Virus record (IMG/VR): IMGVR_UViG_3300015360_000026
Length of the DNA stretch: 64,000 nucleotides
Direction: 5' to 3' (one strand)
Source of the DNA: an uncultured virus (IMG/VR IMGVR_UViG_3300015360_000026)
Taxonomy: Duplodnaviria; Heunggongvirae; Uroviricota; Caudoviricetes
Numbering within the stretch: position 1 is the stretch's first letter; each line of letters opens with the position of its first letter. Below the pieces are notes generated by a model. The model saw only the letters and a list, made by a program, of their open reading frames with translations, had not been told where the DNA came from and did not search any database. A program made the position numbers and the translations under genes. Shown one piece after another: positions 1-9,416 of this stretch.

Positions 1-103
1 AGGTGGTGCTCTTGCCGATGGCCCGGCCACAGGGGATCACCATCATGGCGGGGACGTGGTGGGCCTTCACCCGGCCACGAGGCAGCGGCAGTGTCTCGGT
101 CAT
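1..103 (-). CDS. Hypothetical protein, N-terminal part only (runs off window)
   Basis: ATG at 103 preceded by AAGGAAGGGA just after the stop of the 116-1678 gene; open to window edge (MTETLPLPRGRVKAHH...). Confidence 0.55.
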   Translation of the reverse strand, partial: MTETLPLPRGRVKAHHVPAMMVIPCGRAIGKSTT

Positions 104-115
104 GGAATCCCTTCC

Positions 116-1678
116 TTACAGGCACTGCCCGCTGTGGTATCGTACCCGCACGCTCTCACGGATGAGGGTGTAGGGCAGCGACTCTTGGTACGCCGTGCCG
201 GTGAATGTTTTGACGGACTCGGTGAACCCCGGTCGCAAGTCATCCCCTGGTGCGTCCAGTGTAACCGGGTCGTCTTGAAAAACCAATTCCACCAGCACGA
301 CGCAGCACTGCCCAGGGGGCACGAGGCGGCGGGCCAAGGTCGCGACCGACATGCCCAACGCACCGGGACCGAACGACGCGGTCCGCAGCTTAACGACAAA
401 CAGGTTGTTGCGGAAGAGGTTACTCGTCAGGAAGCCCAGCGGGTTGACGGTCGCGGGCAGGGCCATCGCGGTCGGCTGACTGGTCCGAGCGGACGCCGGC
501 CGCTGGTCCAGGAGCATCGCCAACGTCTGCCCGGAGGCCACGCCGTTTCGGTGCACGTCGGCCCAGAAGGCTTCAGCGTCGGCCGGCACGCCACCCACCT
601 CGAACGATACCTTGGTGTACCCGTCGACGTCCTCTTCGACGACCAGGGGTACTACTTTGTTCTCAAACACGAGGTCTTGGAAGTACCCGGACCCGAGCAG
701 TCCCTCGCCGACCGCGAGTGCCCGCAGGTCGGGGGGCAGCTGGCCTCGGTTGAACTCGAACACCGTCAAGGCGTCCGACAGGCTGTCGCCCTTGCGGATG
801 GTGTCGCCCACGGCGGGAACGATCGTCGACCGGGGGTTGAATCGGTAAACGAACTTGTCGGTGATGACGAGGGTTGTGTTCGGCTCGTAAACAATGTCCT
901 CAACGACCTCGGTGCCGTGGGCCAAATCCACGCCCGCCACGGTCGCGAACAGGCGGTCGAGAGACAACGACGAGCCGCCGTCGATCAGGCCATCAAAGAC
1001 GGCGTTAATCAGTTCCCGGTAGCCCTCGGACGAGGACAGGTGGACGCCGAGGGCGTAACCGAACTGCTCGTACACGGTATTGAGGTCGAGTTCGCCCCGG
1101 TAGATCCACAGCCCAGCCTGACGGTCAATGACTTTGTTGTCCTTGAGCAGCGTCCGGATCGGGGTCAGCGGGTCGGCGAACGGGTCGTCGCGGAACGTGA
1201 GACTTGTTTTCCCGTTGTTGGCATTTTTCTCAAGCAGGAAATCAACCCCGTTTAAGAAAGTCAGGCTGGGGTCGGTGATGCGGTTGGTGATCGCCGGCAC
1301 ATCGACCAGCTGCGGGTCCACGTTCCAACTGAACATCGACCCGGCGACAGGGATGCCGTATTCGAGGTCGCCCGGCTGGTAGGCGTGGGTGCCGATGTAC
1401 CTCGCCAGATTGGCGTCCGATAGATTCCTCTGCGACTCCAGCAGCTCTAGAAAGTACCAGTTCTCCTTGCGGAATACGGGGACCGTGTACCGACTCACGG
1501 AGGCCAGTAGGTCGAGGGTGTTGAGGTAGAGTTGGGCGTCGAGCTGGCCGCGAGCGTAGAGGTAGCTTTGGACGGGGAACGACCCCTGGTAGACGTTCTC
1601 CCAGAACGTCCCGACCAGAGCGAGCAACGCCTCTGGCTTGTCCAGTTGGTTCGTCGGATAGGTGTAGGGCTGCGTCAT
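116..1678 (-). CDS. Putative baseplate wedge / tail structural protein
   Basis: 520 aa ORF with typical codon usage and beta-rich composition, downstream of baseplate genes; function inferred from context. Confidence 0.55.
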   Translation of the reverse strand: MTQPYTYPTNQLDKPEALLALVGTFWENVYQGSFPVQSYLYARGQLDAQLYLNTLDLLASVSRYTVPVFRKENWYFLELLESQRNLSDANLARYIGTHAYQPGDLEYGIPVAGSMFSWNVDPQLVDVPAITNRITDPSLTFLNGVDFLLEKNANNGKTSLTFRDDPFADPLTPIRTLLKDNKVIDRQAGLWIYRGELDLNTVYEQFGYALGVHLSSSEGYRELINAVFDGLIDGGSSLSLDRLFATVAGVDLAHGTEVVEDIVYEPNTTLVITDKFVYRFNPRSTIVPAVGDTIRKGDSLSDALTVFEFNRGQLPPDLRALAVGEGLLGSGYFQDLVFENKVVPLVVEEDVDGYTKVSFEVGGVPADAEAFWADVHRNGVASGQTLAMLLDQRPASARTSQPTAMALPATVNPLGFLTSNLFRNNLFVVKLRTASFGPGALGMSVATLARRLVPPGQCCVVLVELVFQDDPVTLDAPGDDLRPGFTESVKTFTGTAYQESLPYTLIRESVRVRYHSGQCL

Positions 1679-1681
1679 GGT

Positions 1682-1697
1682 TAGAAGCCAGTTTCTA
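1682..1697. promoter_or_regulatory. 16-bp quasi-palindrome, copy 1 (TAGAAGCCAGTTTCTA)
   Basis: Reverse complement TAGAAACTGGCTTCTA is identical to copies at 11477 and 21538; lies a few nt upstream of the ATG at 1678. Confidence 0.6.
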
Positions 1698-1703
1698 ACG
1701 AAT

Positions 1704-1733
1704 GAGGGGTCAGCCCGTCAGAGCTGACCCCTC
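1704..1733 (-). terminator. Stem-loop, probable terminator of the secreted-protein cassette
   Basis: 11-bp perfect stem GAGGGGTCAGC/GCTGACCCCTC with 8-nt loop, intergenic, weak U-tract. Confidence 0.5.
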
Positions 1734-1763
1734 GTTGCGGGCAGGGTACGCAAGGTCACCGAA

Positions 1764-2459
1764 TCAGTGGCACTGGGCGATGTACTGCCGTTGCGGTGCC
1801 GTCACGATGTACTGCGGGGCCTGCACGTATCTAACGTACTGCGGGGCCTGCACGACCTGCTGCACCTGCGGCGGGCAAGGATCGACAACGGACAACGGAG
1901 TGGCGTCAGGGGCCTTCACCGGAGCCGGTGCGACCATTGGAGCCGGTGCTACCATTGGGGCTGGCTGGACAACTGGAGCCGCCTGCACGACCTGCACCGG
2001 TTGCACGTACTGGTACGCCGGCACCTGAATCACTTGCTGCGGAGCGTACTGAATGTTCTGAACGGTGTTGTACGGCGTGTAGCTGTACGTGTTCAGCTGG
2101 TTCAGTTGCAGGCGTTGACCAACCAGGAGTTGCTGCTGCTGCACGTGCTGCACCTGCACGACCTGTTGGACGTGCTGCACCTGCACCTGCTGGATCTGCT
2201 GCACGTGCTGCACCCGCACCTGCTGCACGTGCACCGGGGCAACGAGCAGACGCTGCCGGGGGACAATCACCCGCTGAGGAGCGACGATCACCCGCTGGGG
2301 GGCGACCACGATCCGCTGTGGAGCGATGAAGCCGCCGCCGACCTGCACGATATTGGTCCGACGGCCGAGGAGGCCACGGTTGTTGACGACAGTGACCTGG
2401 CCGAAGGCGTCGGTGGCGAGGCAGAGAAGGGCCAGAGTGGCCAAAGCGAGAGTCCGCAT
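1764..2459 (-). CDS. Secreted Gln/Val/Pro-rich low-complexity protein
   Basis: Start moved to ATG 2459 (RBS AAGGAGG); signal peptide MRTLALATLALLCLATDAFG; APQRVIV, VQHVQQ and APMVAP repeats. Confidence 0.7.
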   Translation of the reverse strand: MRTLALATLALLCLATDAFGQVTVVNNRGLLGRRTNIVQVGGGFIAPQRIVVAPQRVIVAPQRVIVPRQRLLVAPVHVQQVRVQHVQQIQQVQVQHVQQVVQVQHVQQQQLLVGQRLQLNQLNTYSYTPYNTVQNIQYAPQQVIQVPAYQYVQPVQVVQAAPVVQPAPMVAPAPMVAPAPVKAPDATPLSVVDPCPPQVQQVVQAPQYVRYVQAPQYIVTAPQRQYIAQCH

Positions 2460-2530
2460 AACTAACCTCCTTGTAACTGCGATTACCATCCAGACACACA
2501 TGCCTGCCGGTAGGTTCCAGAGACCGTATT

Positions 2531-3229
2531 CTACGGCGAAACGGTCCACTTCAGCAAGGCCGGCAGGTATTCCTGTTTCAGGGCCTTGCTGCCGTCATTG
2601 ACGGCCTCGGGCGGCATGACGCCGGTCGACGCCTGCCCGTAGATCATCCACTTCCGCTCTTTGCCGTGTTTGGCGAGGGCGTAGTTGCCGTTCTGTTCGT
2701 ACAGGAGCCGCAGGTTGCCCTTGGTCCCCATGGAGCCGCCGTGGCACTTGTAGCACGTCCCCACGAACGCGGCGATCACTTGGGGGTCGCCCTTGTCGTC
2801 GATACCAAGGTCAGTCCGGACTCCCGACTGGGTCACAGGCGGTTGGATCATAGGAGCGGGGGCCACGGCAGGGGGCGGCGTATATGTTGCCCCCGGAGCG
2901 ACGGGCTGCCCCTGGGTGGCCAAATAGTTGCGAAGTTCTTCGCGGATCACGTCGCGGATCGCGGCCCGCTGCTGGTAGGCGTCGTGGACCGAGTAGTAGT
3001 GTGTCGCCCCGTACGCCTGAATTGGGACAGCGTAGCTGACAACGGGGACGGTCACGACCAGGGGAGCGACGACCACCTCTTGGGCGACGACCTTTTGGAC
3101 CGGGGCAGTGTAGTAGTTGTACCCGCTCGACTGATACGTCGGCTGGTAGTACGTCTGGCAGCGGATTTGAGCCTTCGCCTCGGCCGCGACGAGCAGCAGT
3201 GCGACGGCCGCGATTGCGGTGCGGAACAT
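2531..3229 (-). CDS. Secreted protein with C-terminal c-type cytochrome-like domain
   Basis: Signal peptide (AEAKA), RBS AAGGAG, CYKCH heme motif (2741-2755) followed later by G-V-M-P-P (candidate axial Met). Confidence 0.7.
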   Translation of the reverse strand: MFRTAIAAVALLLVAAEAKAQIRCQTYYQPTYQSSGYNYYTAPVQKVVAQEVVVAPLVVTVPVVSYAVPIQAYGATHYYSVHDAYQQRAAIRDVIREELRNYLATQGQPVAPGATYTPPPAVAPAPMIQPPVTQSGVRTDLGIDDKGDPQVIAAFVGTCYKCHGGSMGTKGNLRLLYEQNGNYALAKHGKERKWMIYGQASTGVMPPEAVNDGSKALKQEYLPALLKWTVSP

Positions 3230-3281
3230 GTGGACTCCTTCCCATATGTGCGTGCGGACACGCGGGTTGCATTATCCCTGG

Positions 3282-5051
3282 TCACGGGGCTACGGACAAG
3301 GGCGGTAGCCCTCGCAGCTCGCGGTCCGCCTGGACGGCCTTGCGGTACTCCATCAAAAGGAGGAACGCCTCCTGGTATCCGCCCCTCTCCCACGTCGTGC
3401 GGGGGATCGGCTTGCCGTCGAGGATCAATCGACCGATGCGGCCCTTGGTCGACAGCGATATAGCGTCGGCAAACTCTTGGGGATTGCTGCCGCACTCACG
3501 GGCGGCTTGCTCCAGGCTCAGTGGGGCGATGTACCACAGGCGGTGTTTCTTGAACTGCTCGGCGTTCTCGTCACCCGACAGCCCGTTGCACTCTTTGATG
3601 AAGTCCTTGTAGGCTTCCTGGTCGTTCCGCACCAGCCGCTGGATGTTCGATAGGTAGAAGGACTGGATCTGTTGCTTGGTTTGAATGTTGGCGTTCAGCT
3701 TGACACCACTGCGAAGGATCGCACTTACCTCGTTCTTGGGGGTGATGATGCCCTCGACGTGGCACGCCACGCAGCTCTTCCATGTTAGCACGATACCCTT
3801 CTCGCCCGATATCGTGTCGTGTACGACGCGAGGGTCGCCGAACTCCACACGCTGGTTCTCGCCGTTGGTGAGCAGGTAGTATTGGGCACCCTTCATGTCC
3901 TGGAAGATGATCTCGGCCGCATCGAACTTCGTCGGGGGTACGGGTAGGGTCTCCAGGAAGTCCTGGTCCCCGGCGGTGCGGAATACGTCGTACGTCTGCC
4001 ACAGCACGCCCCCTGGCCCCTGAATGCGTCGCAGTACGCGGTTCTGGTACGACACGTAGCTCTCGCCCTGGTCGACGACAACACCGCGATCCGCGTACCG
4101 TTTACGAGCCTGCTTTTCGTCCACGCCCCAGAACTTGAAGAACTCGTCCGTCGTCTTCGGGACTGTCCCGGCAATCTTCTGCTTGACGGTCTTCTTGGTC
4201 TTCTGAACGACCTTCCGGGTGGCGTACTCTTTCTCCATGTACTTGTGGCCCTTCGGAAACACGGTCCCCTTGAGATCGGGACCACCAGGCCAGATCTTCT
4301 CCACCATCCGCCCGGTTTCGTACGCCTCATCGGTCGAAGTCTCGACCTCAGTCTCGACCTCCTTCTCGGCCGTGCTGTACGAATACAGGAGCTGGTAGTA
4401 GAAGGCGTTGTCAGCTTGAGTCGCGGCCGACGCCAGGAATTGGGTGGTGTCGCCCACGTAGTAGACGAACCAGTCGGACCGGACGACGCCGTTGCCGATC
4501 ATGCTTTTCGTGTATGCCAAACCTCGGCTGTCCGACGGGATCAAGGGCTCGCGGAAGTAAGGGTCCTCGGCCGAGATCTTCTCGAACACTTCGGGCGTCC
4601 AGCAGTACCACCGCAGGTCGATCCAGTAGAGGCGGTTGTCCGTATTCGGGACTACGCGGGGTCGCTCGACGACTGGCCCGGCCGAGGCCGAGTTGCAAGT
4701 GAAGAGGAGGGACGCAGTGGCTTCAGGGAGGCGATTACGCGGCACGCCCGACAGGTCGAAGAATCGCAGGTAGGCGACCTCCTCCGTTGCCTTCTTCTCT
4801 GCTGTTCGCAGATCAGATCCACCGGCGAGGAAGTCGGCTGTGAAATACTTGTGCATGACCGATACGTGCTCGGCCACCCGTTCCACGACATACGCGGGAC
4901 TCCACGCGGGCAATTCGGGGTTGAGCTTCAATCGGAGTTTTTCCCATCCCGCGTCCGGTGGTTCCAATACGTCCGACTGGCCTCCCGCCGGCAGGATTGC
5001 CAGCAGGAGGCCGAGCAGGACGGCCGGAATCAGTGCGACCCGTGGGGTCAT
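3282..5051 (-). CDS. Secreted CxxCH (c-type heme-binding) protein
   Basis: Hydrophobic signal peptide; SCVACH motif (3759-3773); FDAAEIIF...QYYLL segment recalls planctomycete heme-binding proteins (from memory, not searched). Confidence 0.65.
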   Translation of the reverse strand: MTPRVALIPAVLLGLLLAILPAGGQSDVLEPPDAGWEKLRLKLNPELPAWSPAYVVERVAEHVSVMHKYFTADFLAGGSDLRTAEKKATEEVAYLRFFDLSGVPRNRLPEATASLLFTCNSASAGPVVERPRVVPNTDNRLYWIDLRWYCWTPEVFEKISAEDPYFREPLIPSDSRGLAYTKSMIGNGVVRSDWFVYYVGDTTQFLASAATQADNAFYYQLLYSYSTAEKEVETEVETSTDEAYETGRMVEKIWPGGPDLKGTVFPKGHKYMEKEYATRKVVQKTKKTVKQKIAGTVPKTTDEFFKFWGVDEKQARKRYADRGVVVDQGESYVSYQNRVLRRIQGPGGVLWQTYDVFRTAGDQDFLETLPVPPTKFDAAEIIFQDMKGAQYYLLTNGENQRVEFGDPRVVHDTISGEKGIVLTWKSCVACHVEGIITPKNEVSAILRSGVKLNANIQTKQQIQSFYLSNIQRLVRNDQEAYKDFIKECNGLSGDENAEQFKKHRLWYIAPLSLEQAARECGSNPQEFADAISLSTKGRIGRLILDGKPIPRTTWERGGYQEAFLLLMEYRKAVQADRELRGLPPLSVAP

Positions 5052-5062
5052 GGCTCACTCCG

Positions 5063-6046
5063 TCAGGCAATCTTCTTACCGTCGAGGAAGATCCCCGTGG
5101 CCCCCTCAATGAGGAGGAACGACTTGTTGCCGGGGGTTGACGGCGTAGTCGGACCCGGCGGCACGGGAACCGTCGGAGGTACGGGAGTCGGCGGCGGTAC
5201 GTTGTCGGGCGGGCCGTACCGGGCTTGGATACGGGGTACGTCGTCGTTGCCTTGGGGGCCGCTGATGTTGACGTTGTAGTACGGGGCCATGAGGGCCGAG
5301 CCGACCTTGCTGTGGTCGAGGCCGAGCAAGTGGCCGAACTCGTGACAAGCGACGTTCATCATCAGAATGCCCCGTTGGTTGGGGTCCGTGATCCACGTCT
5401 CGTCCACGTCGAACCGCATCTGCAACTGCTGGTCGCTGCCGTCGGGCAAGTACGCCCAAGCCAGGACGCCGCCGGAGCCATCGAAGTTCGATTTCTGCCC
5501 CTGGCCAGTACCGATTAAGATGTCGCACGACTCGCCCGACCGGGCCTTCTCGATGTTCAGCTTGGCGACCCGCATCCAGCGGTTGAACGCCTCTTGGAGG
5601 ATCGCGTCCTGCTCGATCTTGCCGAGGCCACTGACGTAATCCGTGATGCAATACTTGATCGACGTCTTCCGCCACCGGGGCAGGTTCAGCTCGGCGAACT
5701 GCTTCATCTTCATGTACTGGGCACCGCTGGCCGTGTCCGGCTGCACCAGGTCGGGGCACCCGCACCGTTGCAGCTCCATCGCCCGGACGGTCTTGGCGTC
5801 GATCTGCCCGCTCTCCTTCAGGCCGAAGAACTTCTGGAACGCCGAGACAGCGTTGACGATGTCCCCCAGGCTGATGTCCGTCCAGCCGGACAGTTCCTTG
5901 CCGAGGTAGCCGAAGGCGTCGAGGTAATTGAGGGCGAACCGGGCCTCTGGTTTGGCCGATCGCGAGTCGTTGATTCGGTTGAAGTCGGTCAGGGCTTGCA
6001 CGGCGTGCTCGACGTGCCCGCTGCTCGGATCTGTGCTCGAATTCAT
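5063..6046 (-). CDS. Matrixin (M10) zinc metalloprotease with propeptide
   Basis: HEFGHLLGLDH zinc motif, ALMAPYY Met-turn, FDGSGGVLAWA, RCGCPD cysteine switch, PG-binding-like AVSAFQKFFGLKESG. Confidence 0.9.
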   Translation of the reverse strand: MNSSTDPSSGHVEHAVQALTDFNRINDSRSAKPEARFALNYLDAFGYLGKELSGWTDISLGDIVNAVSAFQKFFGLKESGQIDAKTVRAMELQRCGCPDLVQPDTASGAQYMKMKQFAELNLPRWRKTSIKYCITDYVSGLGKIEQDAILQEAFNRWMRVAKLNIEKARSGESCDILIGTGQGQKSNFDGSGGVLAWAYLPDGSDQQLQMRFDVDETWITDPNQRGILMMNVACHEFGHLLGLDHSKVGSALMAPYYNVNISGPQGNDDVPRIQARYGPPDNVPPPTPVPPTVPVPPGPTTPSTPGNKSFLLIEGATGIFLDGKKIA

Positions 6047-6064
6047 TGCCGTCCTCCTTGACAG

Positions 6065-7717
6065 TTACACGTTCGTGGGCACCGCCGAGACTACCGCAAT
6101 CCCGACGTCGGCGGCGTCCAAGAAGAACTGCACCGTCCGTGGTGTCACCATGTTCGCCGGAGAGTTCGGGACCTGGAGGGTCTCGTCACTCCGGATGTAT
6201 TTGATCGAGTTGTTAGGGTATCTGATGCGGCCGAACATGTCGATAGCACCGGTGCTCATGCCGTCCGACAGGTAGGGGGCGATGACGGCTTGGAGCGTGC
6301 TGGCACTGACGGTGCCTGTGAACCCGGTAGTGTTGACGGTGTGGACCAGGGCGTTGGCAATCGCCGCGACGTCCGGGTCGGCTGACAAGTTCCGCTTGAC
6401 GATCTTGAACGACAGCTGGACGAAACACGGCACCGGGGCCTTGACCAAAACGTCAGTACCGCGACTGCGGACCTCGGGCATGTTGATCGTGTCCTGGATG
6501 TCGCCAATGAGGGGTAAGCACCGGACTTCGAGGGTGTACAGGTTCGTTGCCCCCGGTAGCAGGCCAGTCGTCGGCGTGACGGTATCGGTGAACTGGATCA
6601 CGGCCGTCTGGTAGCGGGTGTACGCCCCCTCGGCCAAGGTGCGGATGTCGGGGACGAATCCGGTCAACCCGGTGAAGTCGAGGGCACGGGCGTCTGAGTT
6701 GATCGTGAACCCGCCGATGACGTTCTCGGCGTCAGCCCGGCGGATGTTGGCGACCTCGTAGAAGCCTGGGGCGTCGTCGCGGCTTACGTTGAACTGCCAT
6801 AGGCCGCTACCATCATTGTTGACCCGCACCAAGCTGGCCGTCTTCGAGAGGGCCAAGTGGAACAGGTCGTCCTGGGACCGGATGTACCAGTCGGCCCGCC
6901 CGCCGTAACTGACGGGGAAGATGGTGTGCCGATCCCGGTGCATCTCAGGGTCGCCGTAGCCGATGACGGATGTCACGGGCACCGCACTGTACGCCGTGAT
7001 CGACCGCAGGAAGGCGTTCATGTTGACGCGGTTCGACAGGGTCTTGGCGGCGATGCCCTGCTGGAGACGGTTGATCAGTTCCTGGTTGGTCTCGGTGTTT
7101 CGCCCCTCGGTGAAGTCACTGACCACATAACTGCGGAGGTAGTGCGACGGCAGCTGAGTCGGAACGATCGGCGTGTCCTTCTTGAGCAGCCCGGCCGACC
7201 CGACGGCCTGGGCGAACACGGTGATCGTGAACACGTAGGTGCCGTCCTGGAGCAGCGTCAGGAGTCGGTCGCTTGCGTCGTTGATCTGGGCCGGGTCGTT
7301 CTTCGCCGCGTACACCTGGTCGGTCTGGAAGATCTGCCCGTCGGCCTCGAAGGTGGTGCCCAGGGACAGCGTGACGATCGTGTTCGTTGACAGGACGATG
7401 GCGACCTCACCCTGGGCGACCGTCCCGGCGTACCGGAACAAGCCGAAGTTCGACAGCACGCCGTCGACCGTGTCTGGGTCGGCCAGGGTCGGATCGGCCT
7501 GGATGTCGATGAGGCTGCGGGCCGACAGGTAATCTTTGACGTTGGCGTCGAGCTGGGCTTCGAGGACCGCATGGTAGTAAGCGAGGAGGTTGTGCAGCAC
7601 CCCGAACCGAAGGTCCAAGGTCGGGTTGTCCTCCTGCACCCGTGCCGTGACCTCGGACAGGTTCTGAGCCACGACGGCCGCGTCCAGGGTCGTCAGGTCT
7701 CGGAGTGCAATCGTCAT
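6065..7717 (-). CDS. Baseplate J-like wedge protein
   Basis: LSNFGLFRYAGTVAQGEV and EGRNTETNQELINRL resemble baseplate J family patterns; follows a small gp25-like gene. Confidence 0.7.
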   Translation of the reverse strand: MTIALRDLTTLDAAVVAQNLSEVTARVQEDNPTLDLRFGVLHNLLAYYHAVLEAQLDANVKDYLSARSLIDIQADPTLADPDTVDGVLSNFGLFRYAGTVAQGEVAIVLSTNTIVTLSLGTTFEADGQIFQTDQVYAAKNDPAQINDASDRLLTLLQDGTYVFTITVFAQAVGSAGLLKKDTPIVPTQLPSHYLRSYVVSDFTEGRNTETNQELINRLQQGIAAKTLSNRVNMNAFLRSITAYSAVPVTSVIGYGDPEMHRDRHTIFPVSYGGRADWYIRSQDDLFHLALSKTASLVRVNNDGSGLWQFNVSRDDAPGFYEVANIRRADAENVIGGFTINSDARALDFTGLTGFVPDIRTLAEGAYTRYQTAVIQFTDTVTPTTGLLPGATNLYTLEVRCLPLIGDIQDTINMPEVRSRGTDVLVKAPVPCFVQLSFKIVKRNLSADPDVAAIANALVHTVNTTGFTGTVSASTLQAVIAPYLSDGMSTGAIDMFGRIRYPNNSIKYIRSDETLQVPNSPANMVTPRTVQFFLDAADVGIAVVSAVPTNV

Positions 7718-7730
7718 GGCGTCCTGCCCC

Positions 7731-8222
7731 TTATCGCAACGTCACAGGGATGGGGGCGATAAACGCCCGCTTGGTGCCGGCCTCGCTGACCAGAGCCAGC
7801 CGGAGGATAACATAATCGGGTGCCGTCAGCACGATCGACAGCACCGTCACGCCGTTGAACCGCTCGTCGGGCGGGTCAGTCGCCAGCTGGAGTGCCCGCA
7901 GTTGCCGCTTGACGTCAACCATCGAGAACGAGAACGATTGGAGCACGTCGGTGGACGTCCGCCACCGCCCCTGGCGGGCGTCTTGCATGAACGGGCAACC
8001 GGCGTCGGGGTTGTACGGCTGTGACCCCTTGTCCGTGAGGAGCAGCATGAGGAACCTCTGGGCCAGCTTGAAGATGCCCGTGAGGACCTCGCCGCCCTCG
8101 CCCGGCTGGGCGATGGCCTGGTCGACCTGCTTGTCCGTACCGTAGCCGGCACCGTGAAAGCAGCTGATGTCGATCGTGCGTCCGACGTAGTCGACGACCG
8201 TGGTCTTGGGGGCAATGGTCAT
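7731..8222 (-). CDS. Putative baseplate wedge / sheath-initiator (gp25-like) protein
   Basis: Start moved to ATG 8222 (ATGA overlap with upstream stop); GIFKLAQRFLMLLLTDKGS...PDAG and DPPDER; immediately before the J-like gene. Confidence 0.55.
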   Translation of the reverse strand: MTIAPKTTVVDYVGRTIDISCFHGAGYGTDKQVDQAIAQPGEGGEVLTGIFKLAQRFLMLLLTDKGSQPYNPDAGCPFMQDARQGRWRTSTDVLQSFSFSMVDVKRQLRALQLATDPPDERFNGVTVLSIVLTAPDYVILRLALVSEAGTKRAFIAPIPVTLR

Positions 8223-8680
8223 TGCGGTCCTTTCGCCCTCTTGATAGAGCGGCTGACAAACTCGATCCCGCACTCTTTGAACACCCCAAGGCTAGACCCC
8301 TGGCCATGTCGCGTCCCCGCGAGGTGGGCGAACCGCCGCGATCGGTTCATGGTCATGCGTGCCCGGAACGACCGCTCCATCACCGCGAGGTAATCGACCA
8401 TGGTGCAGGCGTTGATGATGTCCTGCACCACACCCGGCGTGTTGGGGCTCTCGATCGCCCGGACCGCATCATTGTTCGACTTCGACCGGTCGAACGGGGT
8501 CGCCATACCGGTGTGGTCGAACGGGTTGCCGTTCCACCCCGTCGGCCGCATCCACCGGATCTGCCCGCCGGTGCGGAGCTGCTGCTCCTGCTCCTGGCAC
8601 AGCTGCTGGACCCGCTCCAGCTGCCGCTGGAACACGGGGTCCATGTCGACCTTGGACACGGGCTTGGCGACGTCGGGCAT
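8219..8680 (-). CDS. Hypothetical protein
   Basis: 153 aa ORF tightly packed in the operon. Confidence 0.6.
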   Translation of the reverse strand: MPDVAKPVSKVDMDPVFQRQLERVQQLCQEQEQQLRTGGQIRWMRPTGWNGNPFDHTGMATPFDRSKSNNDAVRAIESPNTPGVVQDIINACTMVDYLAVMERSFRARMTMNRSRRFAHLAGTRHGQGSSLGVFKECGIEFVSRSIKRAKGPQ

Positions 8681-8687
8681 GGTGTCC

Positions 8688-9416
8688 TCAGAACGGCGAC
8701 AGCTCGTCGCCCTTGTTCAGTTGCTCTTGGATGTACTTCTTCCGCTGGCTGACGAGGCCGGGGCTGCGGCGGATCTTGTCGGCGATCTGGTGGTTGGCCA
8801 AGACCTTCTTGCCGTTGTACCCGAGGGTGTGCTCGAAGATCAGCTTGTCGGTGGGCGTCAGGTCGTCGTACACGATCTGGTGCCACATGGTTGATTTGGG
8901 TGAGCCGGTGCCGCCGAACACCATCTGCTCGGGGTTCGACGCCTCCAGGGTCCCCTCGGCCACAGCCGGGTTGTACGTCCGCACGTGCTTCATCCGCTTG
9001 TGGGAGAAGCCGGTGCGATCGGCCAGCTCGGCGTCCGACGGGTCGCGGCCCAGTTCGTGCGACAGCTCTTGGTGGGCGTTCTCCATGTTGTACCGGTCGA
9101 GGGACACCCGCTCGGGGACCTTCATGACCGACCCTTGCTGGCGGCTGACTCGCTTCAACCCTTGGAGCTGGTTGAACAGGTGCGTCTGCAACCGGGACCG
9201 CTTTGGGTCGTACGTGCCGAGTGAGTCGAGGGTCATCCGCCGAGCCCGGCTGGTAATTAGCGGGTTGGGCTCGCCGACGTGGGTACGAATCGCCTTGTCG
9301 ATGGTTGGTTGGAGGTGCGTGAGGATGGCGGCATTGGCCTCGGGGGTCTTGGCCCCCTTCCACGTCCCGAAGGCTTCCGTGTGTTCGGGTTCCAACATGC
9401 TGGTGCTAGGTAACAT
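8688..9416 (-). CDS. Sigma-70 family RNA polymerase sigma factor-like protein
   Basis: Start at ATG 9416 (RBS GGGAGG); region 2-like YDPKRSRLQTHL, region 3 VMKVPER...LSHELGRDPSDAELA, region 4 LTPTDKLIF...HQIADKI..SPGLVSQ helix-turn-helix. Confidence 0.8.
   Translation of the reverse strand: MLPSTSMLEPEHTEAFGTWKGAKTPEANAAILTHLQPTIDKAIRTHVGEPNPLITSRARRMTLDSLGTYDPKRSRLQTHLFNQLQGLKRVSRQQGSVMKVPERVSLDRYNMENAHQELSHELGRDPSDAELADRTGFSHKRMKHVRTYNPAVAEGTLEASNPEQMVFGGTGSPKSTMWHQIVYDDLTPTDKLIFEHTLGYNGKKVLANHQIADKIRRSPGLVSQRKKYIQEQLNKGDELSPF

Noticed and set aside
1447..1465. CTAGAAAGTACCAG as an eighth motif copy
   Set aside because: Matches only the left arm; spacing and right arm do not fit.
8380..9363. 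Alternative-frame minus-strand ORFs overlapping real genes (also 3052-3495, 9459-10544, 42132-42884, 60011-60793)
   Set aside because: R/P/G-rich off-frame translations typical of high-GC DNA.
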